From Lingula anatina (Eukaryota; Animalia; Brachiopoda): a stretch of DNA of 64,000 nt. The translations under genes were made by a program, and so were the position numbers. Below are positions 47,001 through 64,000 of the stretch, piece after piece (position 1 is the stretch's first letter; every line of letters begins with the position of its first letter). The stretch spans positions 558,001 through 622,000 of the forward strand of contig CM120641.1 in assembly GCA_051362555.1 (NCBI GenBank), written 5' to 3'. The notes below the pieces were generated by a model that was not told the DNA's origin, did not search any database, and worked only from the letters and a program-made list of their open reading frames with translations.

Positions 47001-50000
47001 TCTCTTTTCCTTGAACTGAGAGTAGAAGGCGTCATTTTAAGAAAAATTATAGGATAAGATCAATGTTGCTTTATAAGATTGGTATTGTGTAATTTATTTG
47101 TGACAGATAGAGAATTTCATGTGATAGCACGAAAAACGAACAAACAAACATGATCACCGCTGAATCTATGTACGTCAGTAGCAGATTCTATGTTATTTCT
47201 TTAGTTTCTGTATAAAACTCTTGGATAAATGATAATTATAAATGAAACAAGATAAACGGCAAATGTCAAAAAGCAATTTATATTCATTAATTAGAATAAT
47301 TATTTCTATTGTTGAATGTCGAAGCTGAATGCGTCGAAATTTCGATGGATGTCGTTAATGGTTTCCAACACTTGTTGTTTAACAGCATTTATGTCATTAA
47401 AATCAAATTAAGAAATATATTATTCATAAATCAACATGCTTGTTGTTTAGGATTCTGCCTTTATTTCTTTCCAAAAGATTGTTTCTGAGACGCCCATGTC
47501 TAGATCCAAGGCAAAAATAGGCCTACCTGTCTACCTTGTTTGCATTCTGATAGCTTGATCAGCTGATTTTCATAGACATAAAGCATTACTGGTAAATAAA
47601 AAATAAAGAAACGTCTAGGATCGTTTTGATCATGAATAACGAAAAGCTTGTCTGTAGTCCCATATATTTCATTTATGTCAATCAAGATAAATCGCAATTT
47701 GCAGAAAAAATTCTTAAAACGCACATCTTTCACATTTAAAGGAAATAAAATACAGTAAGTAAATAAATGAGTAAATAAAAAATGAGGATTTTAGATTTTT
47801 CTTTGTCATTTAAAAATACAATTGGAATTTAAACTGTGAACCAAAATATCATAAAATTGTTTAACCGGTGGGTTGATGTTCGCGCCTCCTCCTTTCAGTA
47901 AAATAAATACAGACACGGGCGGTGAAACATACAACACAGGGCTGGCCTTCGCTTTATGGGTGCCATTTTACTTGGAAGAATTAAAGGCTGGTAAATCTAA
48001 CTGAAGGCTAGCGGTATTTTTGGATAATGACATTAACCAGATTAAGCAAATGTAGAAATGGGATTATTTACCTTGGTCATAGAAATGTATGATAGAAAAT
48101 GCTGGTTGACTGAAGTGCAGTGAATGGCTATCTAAGGACAGGTTCTTTCCGCGTACCTTGTTAAAAGTAGTTAAGAGGACGAATGATGCTATTTCTAGGT
48201 TATCAAATCTATCGTGAAAATCCGATTTTTTTACTGTGTGGTCAGTAACATCACAGTAAAATTGGTGTGTGCAGTGATTTTACATCAGGGGGGCAATTTT
48301 TCCAAGCTGTCTGCTTGTTTTTACAGTTAATTTAACAGTTTAAATGCTAAAGCTCGATGTGGTTTAGCGGTATTTTACGATTATTGATAAAGTGTGAGTG
48401 CTGTTTAAAAAGATGATGTATGTACGAACTGAGGTCCACAGTAGTTTAGAGATAAGTCTTCCCATAGCGTTCCTCGTGTACAGTTTTATCAATGGAACAG
48501 AAATTAACGCCTGAGTTCGTAAAATTGAGCTTAACATCTATGCAGCAAATACAATAATACTGATCACTGAGTAGTTTCTTTCCGTCCATAAATGAAAAAA
48601 TAAAACCCCAGCATTACAAAAGTCACAATATATACCTTTTTTTGTTTTACTTTCTTATTTTTTTAAACATAAATTTATATATTTCTCCTTTCTAATTTCA
48701 AATGGTAAATAAAATCCGTGAAAATATAAAATTAGATAAACCAATTTCTTCTTATGTATTTCAAAAATCTGCATTTTTCCGAATTCTGAAACTCTCTCCA
48801 CGCTGTTTTAAGAAACGATACAGTTAACGCTGCACTCAGATTCAATTTACATAAAACAGAAAATCCACGGAGTTAATTATTAATGCCTTAGACACAAATA
48901 TCCTCGAGTTTCACGGTGTTTTGTCGAAGATTGAAAGCTCCAAGTTCAACCACGGAGATTATAAATTAAGGGCCGTACTCACAAATAGTATCAAAAATAA
49001 AAATCTTAATTCTCATTAACAATTTTGAATTTTTTTCCTCTCTCCTTTTTTTCTTTATGCTTTATTTTATATCTGTGTATAGTAGAATTCTTTATAACGA
49101 CGCTGCATTTAAACCGTAGCCTACACCAAATTATAGCATATAAATCTGGTAGAATTGTTTACAGCACATAAACAACCATAAGTTATTTCTTTCTCTTTCA
49201 CACATATGACGTTTGTCTCAGTCAGTACGAACTCGTTCAAAATACCTCCTTCTATCTTACTTCTGCGTGTGCGCGCGAGAAAGCGTGGTGTGCGCGTGCG
49301 GGTGTTCAAACTGTTTAGTTGAATATTATAGAAACCCTTATCGAGATTAATTTCTGACAAGTGAATGCATTAATGTCACACTGAGTATCTCTCATTTTCC
49401 TCAACGGTACTTTTTTCCGTCACTTTAATTACCGAACGAGCAAAACAAGTTTGCGGCACGACAACTAAAAAGATATGAAGTAGGGAAACGATTCGGATCA
49501 CGAGAAATGTTCTCAAATAACTATGCGGCGTCCTGCAAGCAAATGTGCATTTCTTTGTTTAAGGCTACATCTTGAAAAATGTTGTGAATGAAAAAAATTG
49601 AAAGTGGCTTCTTCGATAACAGTCTTGGGGCTATACGGCGGCCTAGGTGTTTCAACAGATACCTCACTTTTACGCAAGTCGCATGTCCCCGTTGCTTTAG
49701 AGTTTCTAGTGAGAGCCTCTAGTGTGGCATGAAAAAGAAAGTCGGTGACAGATATACAAATACTTCAAGAGTCTATATCGAGCAGAGAAGCCACTCCGAA
49801 CAAAATTCTTTGTTGTTCTATTTCAGTCAGGGCTGTAAATATTTTTTGCTTTTCGAAACAAATTTCCACGCGGGTTGCGTAAATATTGCTAGCAAACTGG
49901 TCAAATGCAATTTTGCTTTAATATGAACAACACTTTTTGCATTGAGCCGAAATATTCAGATATTCGTTTTAAACCAATTTCTTTGATCCAGGCCGTTTTC

Positions 50001-52149
50001 AGCTATCATTATCAAATATATCCAGTCGATACTAAAAAAAATGCGTTCGCCAAATCTCAGGATGTCTCCGTTCTATTAGGAATAATAATTTGTCATGGAT
50101 ACTCGTGTATATTCTATTAAAACATCCGTTTCGCAGGAATATGAAATTTATTATCAAATGTTTTTGTTTTTTGCCTCCGTGCTGAAGTATGATGTGTAAG
50201 AACAGATTTAATTCCAAAATGAAACGGGAATCTTCAAAGAGGACAAAATTGTGGAGAAAAACCATAGTCTCTTTTAATGGAAATTATGTGGCGGTTTTTA
50301 TTAATCGATCTCATTCAATCAAAGTTTCTTTTGCCGCATATCCCGTTTTTAGTAACCCTTATAAAAATCAGGGGATATTTGTTTCTTCATTTACTTCAGG
50401 AGTTATTCAACTTTGTGGTATGATTGACATAATGCTAACCGATATTCTGTGAAAAGCGAGAAAAAAAAATCGTGTCAGTAACGTTGTTTATTAAGTGGGC
50501 CGATATGAATGCAACGTACTTCACATGTTGGGAGTTCGACAGGGAAAACATAAATATTGACGATACATAAAATTAGATACAGATTACGAGTTTGCCAACA
50601 GAACTTTGATTGAATCTATATTGAAAGTGCTTGCTTTATTTCAACAAGGAAAATGAAATAGAGAAAGCTTGTAGATAAAAGAAGAAAAACAGAGAAAGGG
50701 ATTTTTTATAATTCGCTTTTTTCTCTTTTTTGGGCATTCTTCTGAATAATATGAGTACAGCGAAATAATAGAGCGCACACCGTTCGTTGTCATAAAACTA
50801 TGGTATGACTGCAAATTTAGGCGTATTATTATCCTCATTATAACAGGATTATATTCATACCTTATAGTTGTTTGGGAATAAAATGCTTCCTCGAGAAAGG
50901 CTATTTTTCATGCCACTTCTCTGCTCTACTTTTCCAAACTTCATTGATCTCCCAGTAGAAGCTTTGTCTAAGTGCAAGCCTTCACGAGCAGACTACAAAA
51001 TATCCTTTTCTGGATGCGAATTACAGATACGTCCATTTTTCGGCAGTCGAGCCCTCGTAATTAAAGATTGAATTAAAAATCAAATTTCCATTTCACCTAG
51101 CTTGCATACAGATAGGGCAGTGGCGCCGGGGCCCTACACGGGCCAATAGGTTGGGAACGAACCGACGTGAAACTATTTCAGCGCATGCAAGTAACGGGAA
51201 CTTTGCAGTGCTGTGACATTTACTTTCTCTGTGTTTTTTTTTCAATCTTTATTGTTCAGAAATAGAATTGTATTGGTGTGGTATATTACCTATAAATTGA
51301 AAAACATCCCCCCGTTTTCCTGCTTTCAATTTAAAACAATCAAGTTAATATTACTTAAATTGTTTGCAATTAGCAATTAGCGCCGCCCTTATCCGTGTTC
51401 AGCGCTTGTGAGAAGACGTGAAAAGATAAATAATATTTTGTGTAAATATGCATGCTAAGGAGTAACTTAAAGCGAGATCTGAAATCTTATCCGGGATCAT
51501 CAGATTTTTTTTCAAGATTAAAAATCTTAAGTTTATGTACATCGTAGAGTGGTCTCAGCAAGTGGAGTTTAGCGTGCGTCAGCCACTCTGATGCTTATCC
51601 AGTACATTAACGGTTCAAAATAAACCACTCGCACGTGCTGTCGCAGGCAGCAAGTTAGATGAGCCATGACAATGCAAGATATAAAAGTAGCCGCTCTGTT
51701 TCATGAAAAGTTGAAGTCAAATTTACCTTTGTTGACCTTCATTGAGTTGCGTGCCTACGCCGCATCAGGGTTCGTCGGAACCCTTGTGTGCCAAATCACT
51801 GGGACATTTTTCTAACTCATTACAGTTTGAGTTATCGTAATTTGCTTTATGCATATTTGCCGGTATACAGGTGCACGGCGGCTTGCACACCTGTAAAAAC
51901 CTGTACCACGGATCTTCCACATACAGCGATGTGTCGAAATTTCCTTAGGATTCCTCTCTTCTACCGCCATGCTTAAACAAACGTTCTAATAGTATTCACA
52001 CGAGAAAAAAATATTTACGTACAACAAAAATTTCCTTTAAATCCCGAGAAAACTGCAGCCATAGTCACAGTGACTTTCGCCAGTTTTATTTCTTCCCAAC
52101 GGTCAAATTTTAAGGAAAGAGTTGAATTCAGCGGCAAAGTGTGTTTTAA

Positions 52150-52969
52150 GCTTGGATTGGTTGTTTACAGCAGTTTGTCATGTAATCCGATTAGGCAGAC
52201 AATATGATGAATGACCTGTAGGCGGGGTTAGAGGCAGGACACGCTACGCTCTTCAGCTGTTACCCTAAAGACGACGCTACACACTCTCTCCACTCATCTT
52301 TGTCTGTCGCCATATGGCGCATTCACTATTATATTTTTTCACGGTGTTTACGTGTTTGTCTTCATTTTGCCTCCCATCTCTCTCGAATTGAGGCTTATTT
52401 TGCAAGTAATTTACGATAGTTGCGACTCGAGAATTTACGATTTATTACCATGAAGAGCACTGGTGTTATCGTTCACCATTCATCTTTTCGCCTCTTCATC
52501 GTAGTGTAAATCTCACAAATGCGAAGTGACGTTTGGTCCTTTCGTTCGTGAATTTCCCGAGAAATTCGACGATACATTTTACCGATGTGGAGGTAAACCC
52601 ACTTTCGCGCAAAAATAAACTTTTCTTTAGATTCAAACTGAAACCCCTTACAGATTTTCTCACAGCTTCAACCCTCCAGGCAATTGACTTCAATGACAGC
52701 TCATTTGTTACTCGTCACTATGGCAACGGCGGATGATTGACAGCCTCGCTGGAAGAGGCCACGAGCATCGACAGTTTAGTTGTTAAACTCGGATAGTGTT
52801 GACTTCAGACCAAATGGAGGGATATGCTGTTTGACATGAAGTGAATGAAGTGACAAGAAGGGATTGGGAATTTGTTACTCGGGCAAGTGAACATCGCAGG
52901 TGAAGCAAGCTTACGCAATTTGGACAGGAACGGCTTAAATCATTACGATCGAGCCGACAAACTATATGT
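52150..52969 (+). promoter_or_regulatory. Meis promoter and long 5' leader
   Basis: Inverted CCAAT (gattgg, about 52156), GC box ggcgggg (about 52220), CpG-rich; TGACAG at 52694, X-box-like GTCACTATGGCAAC at 52714, TGATTGACAG at 52734. Confidence 0.5.
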
Positions 52970-57617
<4,648 letters not shown>

Positions 57618-60600
57618 TGAGATACTGAAATGAAATCGTATTAGAGATAAGTGTTGGACTAAAAGAAACTATTATATTTGCAATAAAATAGAGTAAGTAT
57701 TTTAGGTGGGGTATTTAATTTTTTCAAGTTTTGAAAAAACTCAGAATGACATATAATAAGTATAAAATATGTCAAATATATGAAATATAGGTAAAATATG
57801 AAGATTTCTTGGTTTTGGAAGGTTCTGAAAAGCTACATGTAAAAGTTTATGGGTTTTCCTTAAATTGATACTCCATGTAGTGTGGATTTTAAAATTCAAT
57901 AACTTCTAGATAAAAAATAAACAAATGATTAGAATAAGATAAGGAACTAGTAAAAAAAATAAATAATCAATTTTTTTATTTTGACATAATAAACATATTA
58001 GGGTAATATTTTTAGCACTAATTTTCAAAATTATAGTCGCAGTCTTTGTTTTATCTCCTTGTGCGTCTCACGTTGTTTTCTCTCCACTTGGCTTGAAGTC
58101 ATGCCCTACGCTTGTATTCCTATAGTAAGAGATATAATTTATTACCTTAAGCAGAGCATCATGTGGGCACGAAGTCACATGAGTGTGGCAAAATACTGCT
58201 TCTATATGGAAAACAATTTTGTTCATGTCAACTTGTAGTAAAAGCACGTATCCAACCCCCAACTCCGTCCGTGGCCTGGCTATATAACCTGAGTATTGGC
58301 AAGTTTATCTGGGTCTCATCCTGCTGTATTTGCAGATTGTTAACCAGATTTAGTCTAGATGCACTTGTAGTTTATTGGGATACATACAGCGAGACTTTGT
58401 ATGACGTGTGAAGTAAGCAGATAATCTTCATTGAGTTTTAATTAAGCAGAAACTGAGCAGTATTTGCCAGTCAATTGTGAAGTGTTAGAGAGTGGAGCAA
58501 AATTATACCCTTTCACACACAAACAAAACAGGACGAAAGGAGTGTTATAGTAGTCATTCCAAGAGAGCCTCTCATTAGTCATGAGTATTGTATTAATCTT
58601 TTCACCCTCTGGATAACAAAAAATCACTCCCACATCCACCACACATTCTTTATTAGCATTGAGTGTAGGAAGTAGTAGAAAACAGTCGGCGAGTTTCATT
58701 ATAGTGATTAGTGCTGTATTAATCTTAGCACCCTCAGGATAGAGTTAGATTTGTCCAGTGAATGCCAGATCAATAGCAGCATAAGTTCAGGCAATTCTAT
58801 GTCATTATACAATCACTTGAAGATTGTTCATTAATTGTATGAGAGACAATTCAGGGTCATATTATGGTGGCCCCTGCTGGCGAGGAACGGCTCCTTTGTG
58901 CTTGTCAACGTCAAAGAAAAACTATGACAGTTTCTAGGGGTGCCTATATATCAAAATAACACAATACTGAATCAAACAGCTACATGTGAGAAAGACAAGG
59001 TTTATGACTGCAGCTAACTTACAATTAGCCATACTTTGGTGATGGAAATTTTGGCAGCAGAATACCTTGTGACTTAAGTTGTGGCTGGGTTAATTTATTT
59101 TGAAAAGGTTATCAAAAATGCAGCTGATTGGTAGGCAAGCTCCCCCCCAGTCTAGATAGGTCAAACACGGGAGACGGTTATCTCCCTCTGAGAGAAAAGG
59201 CCCACTTTGGCTGTAAACAAAGAACTTTGAATTTCGGGTCTGCTGACTGCTATAATGACTCTCTTTTGTGCGTACATTTTCTAAAGGTCCTATGAGCCCT
59301 GGCCTGCGAATTAGACCTACTTATCAAGATTTCCTAAATTCAATGAATAACACTGATGGACTTAGCATTGTGTAGGAATGGGTCGCCTGAGTCGATTCAG
59401 TCTTTTGGTGCGTTCCAAAAATGTTCAGGTTGCTGCCCAATACTAACCATCCACATTTTTATCTCTGCTAGCATTCACTCGATTAGCAATTACTGCTAAG
59501 GCATTATATAAAAGACATCTTAGAGTATGAAAGACAAACAGAAACCTGTGCCAATAGCTGCCTTAACAACAACATAGCAAGCTTGTGGTTTTTAATAAGA
59601 GGGCTCGGCATTAAAGTGATGTGAAGGGGTACAGAGTGATCATAAAGTGATTCTATTAATGATGATGTCCATTATCTGTTTTGAATTTTACCTCCTCTCT
59701 GTTTGTAAACTCAGGTACAGTCAGGATGACATGAGTCATATATTCCAATGGGTTTTGTGTGTTAGCCCAGGCTGTGTGCAAAGTCATAGAAATGCACCCA
59801 AATGACTGTCATCTAATTTTAATCATAAAACACATTGTCAGTGGAGGATGAATACGGAATGCGCTTAGGCTGAACTGGGCTTTTGTAAGGCTTTAACCTT
59901 GTTTTAGATTCCACACATTTTGTTTCCGTTAAATCTATTCATTAGATGATCAGAGGAAAATTTGGTCATGTATGCATGTGATGGAGTTTTTGATTTAGGG
60001 AGATAAATCAGAGATTGTTTTCATCTTTGTCTATGCTGAAATTCTATTTGAAAGTTACCCTGGTCAGTTTTTCCATGTTTGAAAATTGTGAATGAATAAT
60101 TAATCATGAGAGATCCACATGACAATGTTCTCTGCTGTAAAAGCATGGTCATTATTGAAATGTATAACAAAAGACAGTCAAGATGGAAGTGTATTTAGAA
60201 TTAGATTTGTTTTCCCTATGCAATCAAATGTAGATTTTTAAAGGTGTTGGTAAAACCACGAGCTAAGCTGATATATTCACGTCTTTGTCACACATATAGA
60301 CAATTCTGACAGTCGAGCCTGGCTGTTAATTTGTCGGACCACATAACAAGCACCATAAATCAATCTGAGAAGAGGAGCAGTATCGGACATTATAAATGTC
60401 TAAGGCATTGACAGTTTTAACAAATAAACATAATTGTCTGACTGGCAAAATCACAATTTATCACTCCAGTGCAGCAGTCAGACATGACACAGGGCCATAT
60501 TTATGCAGCAGTCGGACAAGTGCTGTTCGCTGTACCCCAAAGGATAAATTACGGTGTTTTAGCAGCCTGTTAGACCCTTTTAACCTCACATTGTATACAA

Positions 60601-63600
60601 TCACAAAACATGTGCCTCTGCCATGTTGGTCTTTGGCCGGGATTTGATTAGATTGGAAGTTCAGAATTTGTTACAAAATTGGGAGGGATCTGTTTATAAT
60701 GGAAGATTCCCAAAAGTGGGGTCTGCACTTCATGATTATAGGAACAAGTTGAGTCGGCTGGCTGGCGAGGAAGCAGGCAGGCAGACTCAGTGTTGTAGCG
60801 TCTGTTTGCGTTGAACAGTTACATTGTTGTTTCCATTGTAGTTCTAAGGCCAAAAGACTATGGATTTTTCACCACTGAGAGAAACTCATTTTAAGCTGGT
60901 CTGTGAATTATTTCTGACGGCCTCTCTTGATACTTGTTATTTCAGATTATAGTGAAGCCGTATAGCTTATCGGGATGTTCTTTAGGGAGAAGGCATTTTG
61001 CTTGGTATGAATGTCCATTAGAAAGTCAGAAGGGAAAACTTTCTTCACATCAGGAGGAGAAATCTTTTGCTTCACTGTCTAATAGCTATTGAATATGAGG
61101 TAAACTGTGGTTAGTATCACACAGTCCTGGCCAGAGACTAGAATTACTTTCCAAGTGAGACAAACAGCATGGGATAAATAATAACTTGTTAACCATGTGG
61201 TAAGATTAAAAAATACACCTAAGATGCAAGGATTTATTTTATTTTGGTCCATGATTCTTTGTTGGGTCTCAACTCTGGGTTAAAAATCATCAACACTCTT
61301 GTTTTCTTATTCCTGTCCAAATTATTGAAAAATTTTCTAGGTGAAACATTCAGAATGTTATTTTATTATTGGCTCACTGACACAAATTTCGATACCAGAT
61401 AAAAACAGAGAAACCTGCATTTCTCTGGTATAATAATCAGATTAGAAGGCAAGGTTCAAGAATTAATGTTTCTTCTCAGTGAGCTTTTCTCCACTTCTTT
61501 AATCTACATTATGAAAAAATCCAATAAAAAGAGAGCCACATTGAGTCACCGTACCCCCAGACTCCACCAGCCCAGGTATAACTGTCTGTAGTGAACACAC
61601 TTGGGCCCAGTGTTTGTGTGCTGTGTTCCCAAGTTCTGGACTAAGCCTGCACCAAGTGTAACAAAAGATATAAGTAGTCATAATCTTAGAATTAACAAAG
61701 ATCATTGGCATCCCCAAAGTCCCAGGGATGATGTTGTTGTCTTTCTGGTATTATTTCAGGGACTAATTTGGGGTGTTTTGATACAGTTGGGGGACATGGA
61801 CAAGATGATTATCATCTGCTGTGGACCATAAGACTGTAGTAAATTATATTAGATTAGGTGTTTTTTGTGTTGGAATTGAGATAAAGAAATCTGAATTTGG
61901 TAGGATGAGTAGTAGGATGACGGATGTATTAATGAATTTTGTGGTTTTAAAAATGATTATAAAAATCTGACTCCATTACAATGTGTTGCTTGCGCAGTAT
62001 TTTTTTTCTGGTGACTTAATGCTCTAGGAAAAGAATTATAGAAGGAACTTGTTCTCTTTGCAGTGTTTTTTTTTTCTGGAGACTGTATGCCATGTTTTCT
62101 TTTCTTTCCCTTCCGTCTGTCTGACCTACATTGTAGGAGAAGCTGTGGCTGTGCTATAGATAGAAATCAACAGGGAGAAGGGGTAGTCTGATATTGAGGT
62201 ATTGCACCTCTACTACAAAGAAATATGTGATAATTTGGTGCCATAAGTCAATTTGGATCTATTTCAATTGTATTAAATGTTTAGGTCTTGTGTTTTACTA
62301 TAAGGCATCAAAGGAGGCTATCAAAGATCAGCAGATTATATTGTGGCTATCAAGCCAGTGTTTGTGTACAATGACTGTAATTCTATTTACTTGTCTAAAT
62401 GATATGGATGCCAATAGAACGCTTAATGTGGTAAGCTGCAACTATTCCTTGAATTTCCTCAATATTTATTTAACAAATTGCAACCCTAACAAAAACGGCT
62501 AATACTATTCATAGCTGTCTGTGTGCCTCAGATTAACACAAAGAACATTACGGTCTCTGCGGACCCACAGTTTAATCAGACGTGCGCTCCAACATTGTGG
62601 GGCCCCGGAAAAAATCCTAAATGCAGAGACAGAAGATCTGTTAAGTCCCCTATCAGTTTGATACTTTCAAATTGAAAATGGCTGGAAACATTGGTCACCA
62701 GAGATCACAACATTGACCTGCAATTTTAATTACAAATATTTGCCCGAAAATGTCATCTCCTAACACAGTTTGGTTCATGGCTCGATATCATATGATTAAA
62801 GCAATTCCCAGGACTGAGGGCAGATTCTAACTGTAAATGCAGTGCAAGTTAATTTCTGAACAAAAGACTGATTCATAGCAGAAATTGCCTTTCATTAGCA
62901 GTGTTTAAAATCTGAATGGGAGATGTGTTTCAAAATGGCAAAAAGATGTATTTTATGTAGGGACTTTGACGTTATTCATAACAATGTGTTCTACTTAGCA
63001 GTGCAGAAATTTGAATAATTATATTATTTTCGTCCTACAATATAATATGGAGTAAATTAGATCACACTCATTACAGAGTATAAACCCATCACTTGAGAGA
63101 ATTTGCTGAGCACCAGCGTACAACCATTCATGAAAGCTTAATAACAGGAAAAGCCACTTTTATGCCTCTGTATCCATTTCACATTAAGGCACCATCTCGA
63201 TGTGAGGGAAGGATTATCTAGCCTAAAGATGGAAAAACTGTTCACACAGCAAGTGGAATTTGTGTTGTAGTTGTAACCCATAGTGATGAATTTATAATAC
63301 ATAAATCATGCCACTGAGAGGCACTATTATTTTCTCCATCTTAAAGTAAGAGTCCCTTCTCATCTTTTCTCCATTTGCATTCAGGGATAATTGCTTATAT
63401 CATGCGTAGAAATGATATGTAGTTTTGTAATTTTAATAATATAAGTCATGGTTGCGGTTTTTCTTACCATTTACCATGGTGAATGCACATACAATGAATC
63501 CATCAATTACTCTCTACTTTGTTCGGTGAAATATGTAGTGTATTGACAGTGTCAGTATATTCATGTGTATTTATTCCTTAGATGGACCGATGCTGAGAAC

Positions 63601-64000
63601 GGCCATTTTGCTTTCAGTGCCACCTATGATTGTGCGTGTATGCATTGGACTGGTCTCGGCACTCGGTAGTTTGAACACACACCAAGACCTCCAAGCTCCG
63701 TCATTCAGGGTTCCAGTTCACTGAGTTCATCTTGACCTTGACCTTGACCTTCATTCGGATTGCAGTCTGGCTACCTGAAAACTCGTGAGATCTTTTTCAA
63801 ACATCGATTTTTCTACTAAAAACTTACCCATAATTTTTCTTCTTTTTTTTCTTCATGTGAAAATCATTACTTACTTGGAAGTAATGACTTGGAAAGAAAT
63901 CTCATCTGACTTTTTTATGAAAATAATAATAACTGTGTTTTGTCTTCTAATGTTGTTGGCCGCATTTAATGGACCCAATCTGACGGCATCTTACCACAGA

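Noticed and set aside
51765-51910. Short hairpins (gggttc..gaaccc; tacaggtg..cacctgta) as an ncRNA or tRNA
   Set aside because: No cloverleaf, box A/B or snRNA motifs; more likely repeat-derived palindromes.
47000-52100. Short ORFs between the dioxygenase and Meis genes
   Set aside because: No recognisable domains, low-complexity AT-rich translations and no consistent exon chain.

Overview
Eukaryotic, intron-rich, AT-rich invertebrate DNA, most likely a mollusc or other lophotrochozoan (inferred from repeat types and gene content). Contents in order: (1) three tandem minus-strand genes for signal-peptide-bearing, SCP/aequorin-fold EF-hand proteins (about 0.9-14.3 kb), interrupted by two non-autonomous TIR DNA transposons and apparently nested antisense in a >15 kb intron of the next gene; (2) 23 exons of a plus-strand Serrate/Jagged-like membrane protein with about 31 EGF repeats, VWC, juxtamembrane domain, TM and NPxY tail (15.5-29.6 kb, 5' end outside the window); (3) a minus-strand gamma-butyrobetaine-dioxygenase-like gene (34.0-44.5 kb coding); (4) the first six coding exons of a plus-strand Meis/homothorax gene (53.0-57.6 kb, homeodomain not in the window). 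The most striking unexplained pattern is repeated tandem duplication of splice junctions: a 19-copy acceptor array, a 5-copy donor array and two smaller cases. All gene models were assembled by eye from GT-AG sites and reading-frame phase; no database search was run.
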